From contig NC_043003.1 of assembly GCF_006345805.1 (NCBI RefSeq), forward strand, positions 43,400,001-43,464,000: a DNA stretch of 64,000 bases, in the 5' to 3' direction. The notes beneath the pieces are model-generated. The model searched no databases, was not told the origin of the DNA, and saw nothing but the letters and a program-made list of their open reading frames with translations. Of this stretch, positions 14,198-26,620 are shown in pieces. Both the position numbers and the translations under genes were made by a program. Positions within the stretch are counted from its first letter, which is position 1; each line of letters begins with the position of its first letter. The stretch is from Octopus sinensis. Lineage: Eukaryota.

Positions 14198-14460
14198 CAT
14201 ACATTATATATAAACATGTAAATAAATATATATGTCACATACCTTTGATAGATATAAGAAATAGACAGATAAAATATACATAACAAATAAATAAATATAA
14301 AGTGTATGGATACAAACAACATACGAAGCGAAACCATACATACACACAAGCACACACAAAAGGTTTTACGGACGGCCACAAAAATATCAACGATATATAT
14401 AAAATCGACATCAGCAGCGCCTATGGCAACACTGGCAATAACAACAACAAGTACTACAAC
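13565..14460. repeat. Diverged fold-back (inverted duplication): arms ~13565-13925 and ~14025-14460, spacer ~100 bp
   Basis: Colinear anchors: gccgtccg 13634-41 / cggacggc 14369-76; ttcgcttcgtatgttg 13680-95 / caacatacgaagcgaa 14317-32; tgcatatatgt 13864-74 / acatatatgca 14090-100. ORFs 13651..13887(+) and 14050..14379(-) share SLRML, IFYLS and GKCIYVY. Confidence 0.9.
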
Positions 14461-15322
14461 GATGGCAACACTGTGGTCGAATACACAATCGCAGAGAGAT
14501 ACAGAGACTGTGCCAAATGATTTGGGTCTGAAGGCAGAAGTAGCACAATGGGGTGAGAGGATGCGGCTGAAGGGGAGGCCATACTGCTACTAAGAACAGT
14601 GACACGCACACACACGCATACAAGCACACAAACACAAACATGCACAGACACACAGACATACAGACACACATGTATACATACACGGTGATGCAAACGCATG
14701 CGCACGTAAGGATACACTTCTTAGAAAAACGGAATGAACAACTGGAGCATCATCACACACGAAAACGAAAAGAGTCGCTGAAGATGTCACAGAAATGCGA
14801 CGAAAGATTCCTGGACAATGGGCATGAGTTACAAAAAAAAAAATAAGAACAGTTATAAACGAGAGAAAAACAAATGGCATGTGTTTATTTAGAATAAAAA
14901 TGACTATCCCTGTGCGTATGTGCGTTTGTGTGCATTTGTACGTGCGTGTGTAGTGTGTGTTTGTGTGCGTGTGTGTGCCTTGTAAACTACTCCCAGTAAC
15001 AGTAGATCGTGCTTTCGAACATAAATTCCTTATATGGCATTACTCTTCCCGGTAGAAATACTTCGTTTTGACATTCGCTATTGTAAAAACATTAAACCAA
15101 ATATTAACTTAATGCAAATACGTAACCATTTCTGCATTTGTTAACCAAACGAAATATAAGAAAAAAAGAAGGACGAAAAAGAATTATGGGTGATCTTTTT
15201 TGTTCAAGCAGTAATGAGTGTGAAAACTGATAACTGCTACCAAGACAATGGATATGAGTTAGAATAAAAGAAAATAAAACCAGTAATAGAAGATTGAAAA
15301 ACAAAAATAGAGTGCATGTGTT

Positions 15323-15364
<42 letters not shown>

Positions 15365-16319
15365 TGTATGTGTGTGTCCGTGCATTTATATATACACATA
15401 TAAAAGCAATGCATCCCTACGTTGCCCGGCTGTTATGACCTACAGCTACATTGTATTATTTGTTCCTTTCTTATGGACAGAATCGGCACAGTTGGTATAT
15501 AGTGAACTGGAATACTGGTGTAATGGAAGTTATTGTTTGTTTAGAAGTGAAGTGCGTTGGGGTTACAATTTGCGTGTGTTTGAATGTAAGTGCCTTCTGT
15601 TTTTAAGGAGGATCACAAACTATGATTTGTTTCATCGTACAAAAGAGGTTAATATGATTTTGCTCAGAAATCACGTTTACAAAATTTTTATTTCTTCCCT
15701 TCCCCACGGCAATTCCTTTTCAAATTTTATCTTTTAATCCAGGTACAAAAATACAGAGATTAAGAGTCTGAGGAATTCATATACTTTGTAAAGTTGAATT
15801 TCTTAAAGAAATACTCAATACACCTTCTACAACCTCGCCCACCTATCATCTACTCGCTTCCAAAATGCTATAAACTCCGAATGGTTTACATTTGTCAGAT
15901 GTTTCACGCATGGGTATAATTGTACTGAAATAGCAGACGTAAAAATTCCCATACCACCACCAGAAAACCCGACATGCTAGAAACATCAGGTAAACGACAT
16001 TATTTCTGAAGAAAATTCTCCGCCTGCCAAAAATAAAAAATTGTGAGTTTGCATCTTTTTGAAACTGATGAGGTGATGGGTGGATGTTTGGGAAGGTCAT
16101 TTTAGTGTTTATTTAAGAAAAGAGGAAGAAGAAAATTCTGAAAGATTCGTAATCACTGTTACATTTTTCTTAGCTGATTAATATGCAAAAAAGTTTAGAA
16201 AGATGTGAAGTAACTGGATCAGGTGAGAGAAAATTAAAATATTAGCAACGTTTTTTTTTTCGTCTACAAACCAGAGATGGTCGATTTTTTTTATCTTCTA
16301 GCGATGAGTTGAACGACTG

Positions 16320-17365
16320 ATTGAATGACCAAATCCAAGCTCCTTTGCTAGTCCATCAAAATTTATGATGGGATTTTTTTACCACCAGGGTTTGTAGGAC
16401 GTCCTCGTCGAGCTCTACAGATCATGCAGGACGTGGCACATCTTCTAAGCTGTAGCTTCCGGCTCGGAGTCTTTGGAAACACAGTTGAGCTGGTTTACGC
16501 TGAGGGTGCGGATTTCTTATTTTCCTGGTTTAAGACTAGATTTAGCATCCAGTCATCAGCGTTTTTCAGGTAAGTGTTTAGGCCAATGTAGTAAACATCG
16601 TTGTCAATTCCAGTAGTAAATTCCACTGCCAGTCACTTTTCTTGGCAGGTAAAGTCGTTCTATATCTGCCTTAAGTTGGTGAATTCTATTCACTGTCAAC
16701 AATTTCCGTATTTTCTCTCAAGCTTACATATTTCTTTCATTGACCAGTTAATAATATTCAAAGGCGGCGACTTTGCAGAAACATTAGCACGCCAGGCGAA
16801 ATGCTTAGCGATATTTCGTATGTTTTTACGTTCTGAGTTCAAATCCGCCGAGGCTCACTTTGCCTTTAATCATTTCAGGGTTGATAAATTAAGTACCAAG
16901 TGCGTACTGGGGTCGATCTAATCGACTAGCCCCCTCTCCGAAAATTTCGGGCCTTGTGCCTTAAGCAGAAAAGAATGATATTGAAACTGTAAGTCACACC
17001 CGTTATGGCTAAAGTATTGATCGCTTCCATCCTGTTTCTTGCGTTCAGTTCTGTTTTGAGTATTGCCCTTACCCTGCAACAACATTCTTTTCTGATCTTT
17101 TCCTCTTCAATGAATGTTTAACTGCACCACCTTCAACTATCCTCAAGAATTTGTAGTTCTCCTCAGCTTCAAACACTTTTATGAAATTCTGTTGATCAAG
17201 TTTATTGTTAGATATGTCAACAATTTTCGTTCTGATAAAGGTAGCCTTTGCCCATTTAACTAGACCGAATTCCATCCTGATCTCATCACTGAACTGTTGC
17301 ACTATTACTAGTAAGCCCTGTTGTTGCTGGTCATTTTTTGGAAAGATCTTAAAATTGCCCATGTA
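16320..17365 (-). mobile_element. R4/Dong-like non-LTR retrotransposon fragment (RT thumb region), interrupted by a SINE
   Basis: Peptides KNDQQQQGLLVIVQQFSDEIRMEFGLVKWAKATF...EENYKFL, NARNRMEAINTLAITGVTYSFNIINWS, KADIERLYLPRK and YLKNADDWML; multiple stops and frameshifts. Confidence 0.85.
16762..16975 (+). mobile_element. SINE family A nested in the Dong fragment
   Basis: aaggcggcgactttgcagaaacattagcacgccaggcgaaatg...gagttcaaatccgccgagg; flanked by aataatattcaa (16750-61) and aatgatattgaa (16974-85). Confidence 0.9.
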
Positions 17366-17498
17366 GAAAAAGTTGATTTATATTTTTATCAAATAATCTA
17401 TAGCCACTTTGTACTTCATCGGGAAATTTCGAAAGAGGTATCCTCCTCCTCCTCCTCCTCATCATCATCATCACCATCATCATCATCGTTTTTATTGT

Positions 17499-18056
17499 TG
17501 AGTGAGAGAGCAGTTCATGCCATCAAAATGACACTGGAGTAAAATATACGAAGCCCAGTATACCCATTATGATTCGCCATCTGATTAGGGTACACCAGTC
17601 ACACGCATCACAACAATATGTGCGCGAGATGGTGATCACATGTCAAGATAAACAGCGCATAACATTGCAGGTGGGGCCCAGTTAGAATTTTCTTCTGGTC
17701 GAGTAAACCATTCCACTCAAAATGTCCCTGAATAAGAGTTGTTTAAGGATTTGAACAAAGCACCCATGTTTCCAGAGGTGAATTATTCAAACCCCAAAGA
17801 ATCCCTCTCAACACATGGCTATGATGCTCTTCTACTATTTCTGCTCGTGATCAGAGATGCATATATCGTCAGCCAGTAAGGGATATGCTCAACTGGTTAT
17901 GGTCAAACAAATGACAAGCAAATCTGTGGTATTGAGCAGAATATTTGCTGTAGCCCATCTTTTATACCAAGACAAAACAATATACATGATAACACTTCCA
18001 ATCAGCTAAGATCAGAAGCCACAAGAACCACTGCCTAGTACTGTATCGGGGCATTT
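17499..18056. mobile_element. Unclassified ~560-bp interspersed element, copy 1
   Basis: Aligns along its length with 51498-52035 and, from its middle onward, with 63545-63874; flanked by (CAT)n on the left and (ATT)n on the right; no ORF and no tRNA boxes seen. Confidence 0.85.
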
Positions 18057-18066
18057 ATTATTATTA

Positions 18067-18103
<37 letters not shown>

Positions 18104-18104
18104 T

Positions 18105-18712
<608 letters not shown>

Positions 18713-18845
18713 TATTATATTATTATTATATTATTATTATTATTATTATCATTGTGGCTTTATGTTTTTTAGTAAATATTTCTCATCTTGGTTTCAATAC
18801 GAGAGTTTTCCTCAGTATATTCAGCATAATTCTTGCTATTCAGTG

Positions 18846-19030
18846 GGCGGCGATCTGGCAGAAACGTTAGCACGCCGGGTTAAATGCTTAGACGTGTTTC
18901 GTCTGTCTTTACGTTGTGAGTTCAAATTCCGCCGAGGTCGAATCTGCCTTTCATCCTTTCGGGGTCGATAAATTACGTACCAGTGACCCACTGGGGTCGA
19001 TCTAATCGACTTAATCCCTTTGTCTTGCTT
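18846..19030 (+). mobile_element. SINE family A
   Basis: ggcggcgatctggcagaaacgttagcacgccggg...gagttcaaattccgccgaggtcga...cctttcatcctttcggggtcgataaatt. Confidence 0.9.
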
Positions 19031-19499
19031 TTCAGTGTAATTATTTTAATATGTTTTTTTCTATTAATTATATTTGTATATGGTTTACTAAATTCTCTAT
19101 CGAAAGGATTGTGCTTCCAATTTATTGGCTTTACGTCCTGCTTTGGTCAAAGAGAATCATATATTTCTCTGTGGTTTAGGTATATTTATTTTTGGTTTCG
19201 TGATTTGATATATAACTTTCTTTATTCATATACACAGGTGCGTAGATACTCACACAGAAGCACAAATACCTACAAACACATACACAGAGATATGCATTGT
19301 ATCGCACTGGTAGTTTTTATGGGAGTACAATGTTTGCATAATTTTGCGGGGTGAGTTTCTTTTAGTATCAAATGTATGTATGCACTTATATGTGTTGTAC
19401 GCGTAACAGTTTCCAGGAATTCATGTTTGACGTTTGTCATTTTTCTTTTTCGTGGGAGAGTTGACATAGAGACAATTGGGTTTTCTATTTTATTACAAA

Positions 19500-19886
19500 C
19501 TAGCAGTATCGTCCGGCGTTGCTCGGGTTTGTAAGGGAAATAACTATATCAGCATTTTTAGAGAGTTATAGCCAAAAAATAGCAAAAAATGCATTAAAAA
19601 TGGGAAAATGTGATGGTAATTTTTTTTAAATCGTTGACTCATCGTAAACATTTTTAGAGAGTTACTTCCCTTTGCGAAAAAATGCATTAAAATGCAAAAA
19701 TATGATAGTAAATTATTTTTAAAATCGTAAACTCATCGTAGACGCGCGCTAATACCCAGAAGGGCTCGATATGAATCACGACTATAAGATACCCGCTTTT
19801 GGTTACACTGCACCGCAAAATGTGGGAGTAGTTAGGAATCTAAATCGTAGGAGACAGACACACAACTTGACTTTTATATGTAAAGA
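19500..19886 (-). mobile_element. Non-autonomous Helitron, copy 2 (387 bp)
   Basis: Same termini (A|TC...CCCGAGCAACGCCGGA...CTAG|T) and internal sequence as 12168-12563, with scattered substitutions and indels. Confidence 0.85.
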
Positions 19887-20479
19887 TATTTGCATCTCCG
19901 TAATTCTCCTACGAAAGACCTGATTGTTATATCGTAATTTGTAACCTGCACACAGTTCATGATATATTTTGAAGATCAACTTGTTTCTCTATGTGCAACG
20001 CGGCCTGATCCAGTTGCTTATCTTTAACAAGTGGAAACGTATTTCGTTTCTATTTTACTTTTGTCTCACATATTGCTACAAGAATCTATATTCAGAACTA
20101 GTTTGCGCAAGTGTCGAGCATTTTATTATTTCGAATTTAAATATGCTTTCACAATAGTCATCTTCAAATCAATTTTGCTGGACCGTTCCATTATTTCATC
20201 TGCTAATATGCAGGAAATGACATGTATTTTGTGCATATCGTCTTTGAAACTTCTCCTAATTGCCCAATTTATTTTTCTTCCTTTCTTCCTTCTTTCTTTC
20301 AATTCTGTAGCTTTTAGATAATGTGCTTTCAGGAAGTTTCAACTCATAAAATATTTATATCTATTTTCTGTTGTAGATTGTGCGTTTGTTGATGCATTGT
20401 GAATCTACTTAGTTGAGTGAATTTCCTTAGTTGATTTTCTCTTTGTACATTATATATATATATACATATATACCCAAGC

Positions 20480-21135
20480 CAATTCCCCATTTTCTAGGAT
20501 GGTTAGGCAAAACAAGGCACACACAAGGCATGCCAATTGTTTCCCAGCTCAAAGAAGCGAATCTCGTTCTATACTGGGGTCAAGGCATAGATCACAACAC
20601 CGAATATCAGCAATGGGGCCAGAAGATGGGCATCTTTCTTCCAGTTGCTTAGATTTTGAAGTGCCTGGCTGACCTCTTCAGTTGCTATAAGGGTCCAGAG
20701 TTGTTCAGGCGCTGTGTTCGTTCTTTTGATAGATCTTTTCTGAGGTTGTTTCTTCGCCGACCATATTTCTTTTCAAAATTCTTCAATATTCTTCTGCTTC
20801 TGGTGCTTCATCGATCTCTTTTTTTATTTTTGCCAAGTACTTGGTAGAATGTTTTGGGGTCGGAGTTGAACTGTTTGTTTTGATCAAAGAAACGTTGACG
20901 TTTCTCATACCGGTGGATTCTTTGTGCTTTGGCGGGGATATCTTACTTTAGCTGTTCTTTTACCTCGAGTATACCTTGTTCTGTAATGTTGTAATTACGT
21001 AGTATATTTTCATCTCTTCTTGTTGCATAGTGGTGTTGATTGTCTACTAGTTTCATTAAGAATTGACATTTCCTTTCTCTTATTTTCCTTTTGTTTTGTA
21101 TGCGGATATTATTTATCGACAGGTTTTGTTTGAGT
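20480..21135 (-). mobile_element. R4/Dong-like ORF fragment (region upstream of RT)
   Basis: Minus-strand peptide AKAQRIHRYEKRQRFFDQNKQFNSDPKTFYQVLGKNKKEIDEAPE, typical of the R4/Dong pre-RT region; abuts (ATT)n/(AGT)n at 21150-21305. Confidence 0.7.
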
Positions 21136-21182
21136 GATGATTCTCCTGTTTATTATTATTATAATTATCATTATTATTATTA

Positions 21183-21256
<74 letters not shown>

Positions 21257-21263
21257 TTAGTAT

Positions 21264-21303
<40 letters not shown>

Positions 21304-21328
21304 TGCTGCTATTATTTTTCACTATTTT

Positions 21329-21535
21329 GAGCTGGTAGAAACCATATAGCATAGGAAAAATGCCTTGTGGAATTCGTTCCCTTCGTTTACACTCTTAGTT
21401 GATATCCCATAGAGGTCAAATTTGGTTTTCATCTCTCCGGGGCTAATAAAACAAATTAATATTCTAGTACTGGTGTCAGTAGCATCGTCCGTGCTCTTCC
21501 CCTCAAAATTTCTGACCTTGTGCCTAAATTAGGAA
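21329..21535 (+). mobile_element. Highly diverged SINE family A
   Basis: gctggtagaaaccatatagc...gaggtcaaatttggttttcatctctccgggg...tttctgaccttgtgcctaaattagg follows the family A layout. Confidence 0.6.
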
Positions 21536-21546
21536 AAAAATTTATA

Positions 21547-22843
21547 TTAGATAGGAAACTAAGTTCCCACGGTATTTTAAAATTATTTTTTTTTAAGGTT
21601 TAATAAAAAATAACAACTAATTAATCAATGATTTATCCACCCTTGTTGTTTACAACTTCTTCCTAACATTCAACAAGATTTTCAATACCTTGTTGGTAGA
21701 AATCACTCGATTTCGACTCGAAAAATTGATCCAACCAAGCTCTCAATTCTCCATCAGTATTGAACGAAAATTCCGCGCATAGCATCTGAAAGAGATCAAA
21801 AGATGTAGAAATACAGTTTGTGCCAAATCAGGAGAATACGGTGTGACAGCATTTCCCAGCCATACGTTTGAATGGCTTACTTGGTCATATTGGCAATATG
21901 AGGGCGGGAGTTGTCGTGCAGCAGAAGAACTCCATGCTGACGATTAGGTCTTTTTCTTGAATAGCCGTGTTGAGTCTTTCCATCTGTTGAACATAGAACC
22001 TCGATTTGACCGTTTGGTTCCGTTCAAACATTTCGTAATGGATAATCCCTTCTAGTCTCACCATACGCACAACATCAGTTTAGGCGGATGAAGATCTTGT
22101 TTCACGCGCGGTGCCGCTTGTTTAACGGGTCTAAACCAGTCCTTACTCTGCTTCATATTGATATACAGGCACCATTTTTCGTCGCCAGTAATAATTCGGT
22201 AAAGAAATCGATGCTTGTGTCCATGGGTTGAGCCATGACGAGAAAGCAAACCAACGGAGATAGTGGCTTGTTGATTTTGTTATCATTTAAAGCATGCGGA
22301 ACTAAATGCTCCATACCTCTGAAACTTTCTCATCGAGTGAAGATGCTTCTCTATAGCAGTGTGGGGGCATTCCATTTTCTCTGCCAGTTCCCTTATCGTT
22401 TGACGAGAATTTTTGTACAAAAGTTGGTTTAATCGCTCTTCAACGAGCTCAACTGCTCGGCCGAAACGAGGTGCGTCTTTGAGGTTAAACTTTCCATTTT
22501 TGAACTTGGCATACCAATTCCGAGCGGTTCTTTGAGCTATGGCACCCTCTGCATATACAGCACGAATGTCACGAGCAGCTTTTGCGGCCTTAGAACCTTG
22601 ATTAAAAACAAAAAGAAGGAGGTGTCGAAAATGCTCGTTTTTCTTAACTTGACATTCCATTTTAATGATCTGAAAATAAACAAAAATTAACTAAAATTAA
22701 CTAGAAAAAAAAAAAAGATTCCAAAATGATTCGAAAATAGAATTCTCCAAAAAAGGTAAATTCCAAAATTTAAAAACGCAATAACTTCCAAAATTAAAAA
22801 AAAAAAACAACAAAAAACGGTGGGAACTTAGTTGCCAACCCAA
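21547..22843 (-). mobile_element. Full-length defective mariner (Tc1/mariner), 1297 bp
   Basis: TA|ttagataggaaactaagttcccac ... gtgggaacttagttgccaacccaa|TA TIRs. Transposase pieces: MECQVKKNEHFRHLLLF...WYAKFKNG...DAPRFGR (22283..22660), IITGDEKW, LHPPKLMLCVW, PYSPDL; frameshifted. Confidence 0.95.
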
Positions 22844-23182
22844 TAATAATTATTATTTTGGTATTGTTCGTGTAGGGTTATTGTAGTTACAGTCGTTTTT
22901 TTTTCTTTTATAATCATCATCATCGTTATTGTCGTCGTCGCCGTCGTCATCATCATCATCATCAAATGTTTCGAACGAAGAATTACTAAGTCACTACGCG
23001 CACCTCTGGTAATCTGAGTAATATGTAAAAATTTGTCATGCTGGAGACAGTGGTTCTTTATCGTATGTTTTATTTTCTCTGTTCTACAGTTGGTTTCATT
23101 TTCACTGTATTAAGTTACATACATTTATTTCCAGTGCCGAAATCTCTCCCGAGTAGATTAATGTGCTTAAATGGTACATAAA

Positions 23183-23304
23183 CCCTTTGGAGCCGTAACA
23201 TCGGTCTACCGGTGTCTGGCTTATTTTTCTCTGTACCGCAGCACCCACCAGTGGAATACCAGGTATCTAGGAAAATAAATTTCAGGAGGTCAGGGCTGAA
23301 AGGG
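23183..23304. mobile_element. Possible piggyBac-like MITE (122 bp)
   Basis: TAAA|CCCTTTGGAGCC ... GGGCTGAAAGGG|TTAA; short imperfect TIR with only one intact TTAA. Confidence 0.35.
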
Positions 23305-23639
23305 TTAAAAAAGAAATAAATATCTCTCATATATTGGAAAGCATTTATAAATCTATACTCTCCCCTGCATGCGTTGATTAATGCCTATATTTGATATAAT
23401 TTCTATCAAAGATTAATGGGATATTATCAGGGGGAAATCAAAACAGTCCTTGATTCACTAATGCCTATTTAATTAGATTCCAATATCTACCTGAGGGAGA
23501 CCACCTCATAGCTCTGGGGGTCAATAAAGAAGTCACTAATGTCCTCATCTTGATACAGAAGCATAAGTTTGCTATCTTCGAAACCGTGTGATTATGTGTG
23601 AACTTTCAAAATCATTTATCCTGGTCCTCGTCAATGTCA

Positions 23640-24790
23640 ACTTCATCGACGTTGCCCGCCATCGTCATTATCGCAATTGTCGTCGAAGTCCTCCTTCTTA
23701 TCTTTCTTCTACTCCCCTTTCTTCATTTTATCCCCGTTTCCTTCCGCCTTTTTCTCCGCCTCGACCCATTCCTCATCTCCCCCAATTCCCCCTCTCCTAT
23801 TTCTCTCTCCACCTTTTCATCTATTCTCCTCCTCCTCCTCCACTTCTTTCTCTTCCTCCTCTCCAACACATCTTCCACCTTCTACTCTTTCTCATCCTCT
23901 TTCACTTCCTCATCCACATTCTCTCCTTCCTCCATCTCCACCTCTCTTCCTATTTCTCCACCTCTACTCATCCATCCTTCTCCACCCCTGTTCCTTCTCC
24001 TCCTGCACCTATTCCTCATCTCCTTTCCACGCTTCCTCCTCTCCTCCCCTTTCTCTTCTTCCTTCTTCCTCCTCCTCCTCCTCCTCCTCCACGCTCCCCC
24101 CACATCTTCCCTCTTCCTACTCCTCCAACACTTCTTCCCATCCTACTCCTTACCACTTCCTCTACATCTACCTCTCCTCCTCTCTTTTTTTCTCCTACTT
24201 GCATTTCATGCCCTCTATCTCCTCTGCCTCCTTCACCTTCACCAGTTCTTCCTCGTTGCTCACTTCCTCCTCCTCCTACTCCTCCTCCTCTCCTTCTCAT
24301 CTTTCTCCTCTTCCATCTCGTCCACCTCTTCCACCTCTTCCACCTCCTCCAACTCCTTTCCTCCTCCTCCTCCTCATTCTCATCATCATCACAGCATCCC
24401 ATCATCACTTCCACTTCACCCTCCCCTCATCCTTTTCCCCTCGTCCTTTTCATCTTCCCTGCTACCTCCCCCTCTTCTTCCACCCCACTTCCTCTTCATC
24501 CTCCCCTTCTCATCTTCCTTCTTCTTTCCCTCTTCTTCTACCTCTCCTCCCTCTTCTTTTTACTCATCTTCAACCTTCTCTTCCTATCCGTCTCTGCATT
24601 TCCTCTTCTTACTCCTATTTTTCCGCTTCTCTCTGCCTCCGCCTCTTCCTCCTCCTCTTTCTCTTCCTCCCCCTCCTCCTCATCATCATCAACGCCGTCC
24701 CGTCATCAACGAAGCAGCAATTTACATATTAGCGTGGATTACGAATCCCTTCATTTAATTTCCAATCCACCTCACCTTCCTTCACTGCTT
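23640..24790. repeat. ~1.15-kb polypyrimidine (CT/CCT-rich) tract
   Basis: The plus strand is almost G-free. All three plus frames are open because of composition, not coding. Confidence 0.95.
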
Positions 24791-24879
24791 TAACACAATT
24801 GTCATTACCCGACATATTTGCTCCACTTCCAACACCTCCATCGCCTCTCCTACCATTCTCTTCCTTCTACTTATCATCA

Positions 24880-25043
24880 TAATCATGAGCATGATCGTCA
24901 TCATCGTCGTCGTCATCATCATCAGCAGCAGAAGCATCATCCTCATCATCATCAGCAGCAGCATCGTCGTCGTCGTCGTCGTCGTCATCATCATCATCAT
25001 CATCATCATCATCAACATCATCATCATCATCATCATCATCATT

Positions 25044-25092
<49 letters not shown>

Positions 25093-25105
25093 CCACCACC
25101 ACCAC
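24880..25105. repeat. (CAT)n/(CGT)n/(CAG)n compound microsatellite
   Basis: Direct reading. Confidence 0.95.
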
Positions 25106-25284
25106 AAGCATGGCCATCGCCGCCATTCCTAAGTAATTATCAATATTAATTATATTACATTGCATCGTATTATTGTTCTTTATATACATATATCGATAAC
25201 TAATATTAATGTTTTACGCATTCTTGCAATATATATGCACACACAAAAGTATTTATATACTCACACTCACGCATGCACACATGG

Positions 25285-25461
25285 TTACTTTTATATATAT
25301 ATATATATATATAGATAGATAGATAGAGAGAGAGAATCATACATACATATATATATATATATATACACACATTCATATATACACACATATAAATATAACT
25401 TTACTCACATATATACATATATATATATATACATATACATACATGCATACATACATATGTA

Positions 25462-25538
<77 letters not shown>

Positions 25539-25977
25539 TGTGTGTGTGTATATATATATATATAGATAGATAGATATATAAATACATACGTATTTGTATT
25601 CATACATGTACGCTAAGCATATAGATTTTAATATTTTGTAATTGTTATTGGTTTACTTTTTTTTCACTTCAATTATTATAAAATATTATTTGAAGAATCT
25701 TTGGGCCGCGACTAATGCAAACGAAAGATCCTAGACGTGATCGGTTTTTAATATATTTGCGATGCAATTAGTAATATTCTCGCCATACACAGCACACAGT
25801 CGCTGACTTCATGTCAATACTGCTTTCTATAGGGGAAAAAAAAAGAAAAATTATTATTCTTAGTTATGGAATACTGAACAGCCGATATTGAAATTAAGTT
25901 AATATTGCATTTATGTATTTAATTTTATATCTCGAAGATTAATTTAGTATTCAGAGGCACAATGAAGCTGATTCCCT

Positions 25978-26058
<81 letters not shown>

Positions 26059-26121
26059 CTGTGTGTGTCTGTGTCTGTGTGTGTATTTGATTTACAAGAT
26101 TCTTTGAATATATATAGGTAT

Positions 26122-26159
<38 letters not shown>

Positions 26160-26183
26160 AAAATATATTTATATACATATATT

Positions 26184-26234
<51 letters not shown>

Positions 26235-26490
26235 ATATATATGTATATGGAGATTTGTAAGAATGTATGTACATTTGTTTGTATGTGTAGATCTATGTGT
26301 ATGTTTATTCGTGGATGCATAATTGAATGTATGTATGAATGAATATTTGTTAGTATAGCCGTACACATTCATATACCTGTGGGTGAAGAAGAAACATCTG
26401 TATGTACGTATGGTTGTAAGTATATTAATGTCCATGGTTATTTGTGTCTATGTGCGTATGTATGTATTATAATATATATGTATGTATATA

Positions 26491-26530
<40 letters not shown>

Positions 26531-26553
26531 GTATATTCATATAGATTTATACA

Positions 26554-26610
<57 letters not shown>

Positions 26611-26620
26611 CATATATATA
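25285..26620. repeat. Cluster of (TA)n, (TG)n and (GATA)n microsatellites
   Basis: Direct reading. Confidence 0.9.

Noticed and set aside
23588-24793. 401/386/351-aa Pro/Ser/Leu-rich ORFs (extensin-like)
   Set aside because: All three frames are open because the strand is nearly all C/T; this is a compositional artefact.
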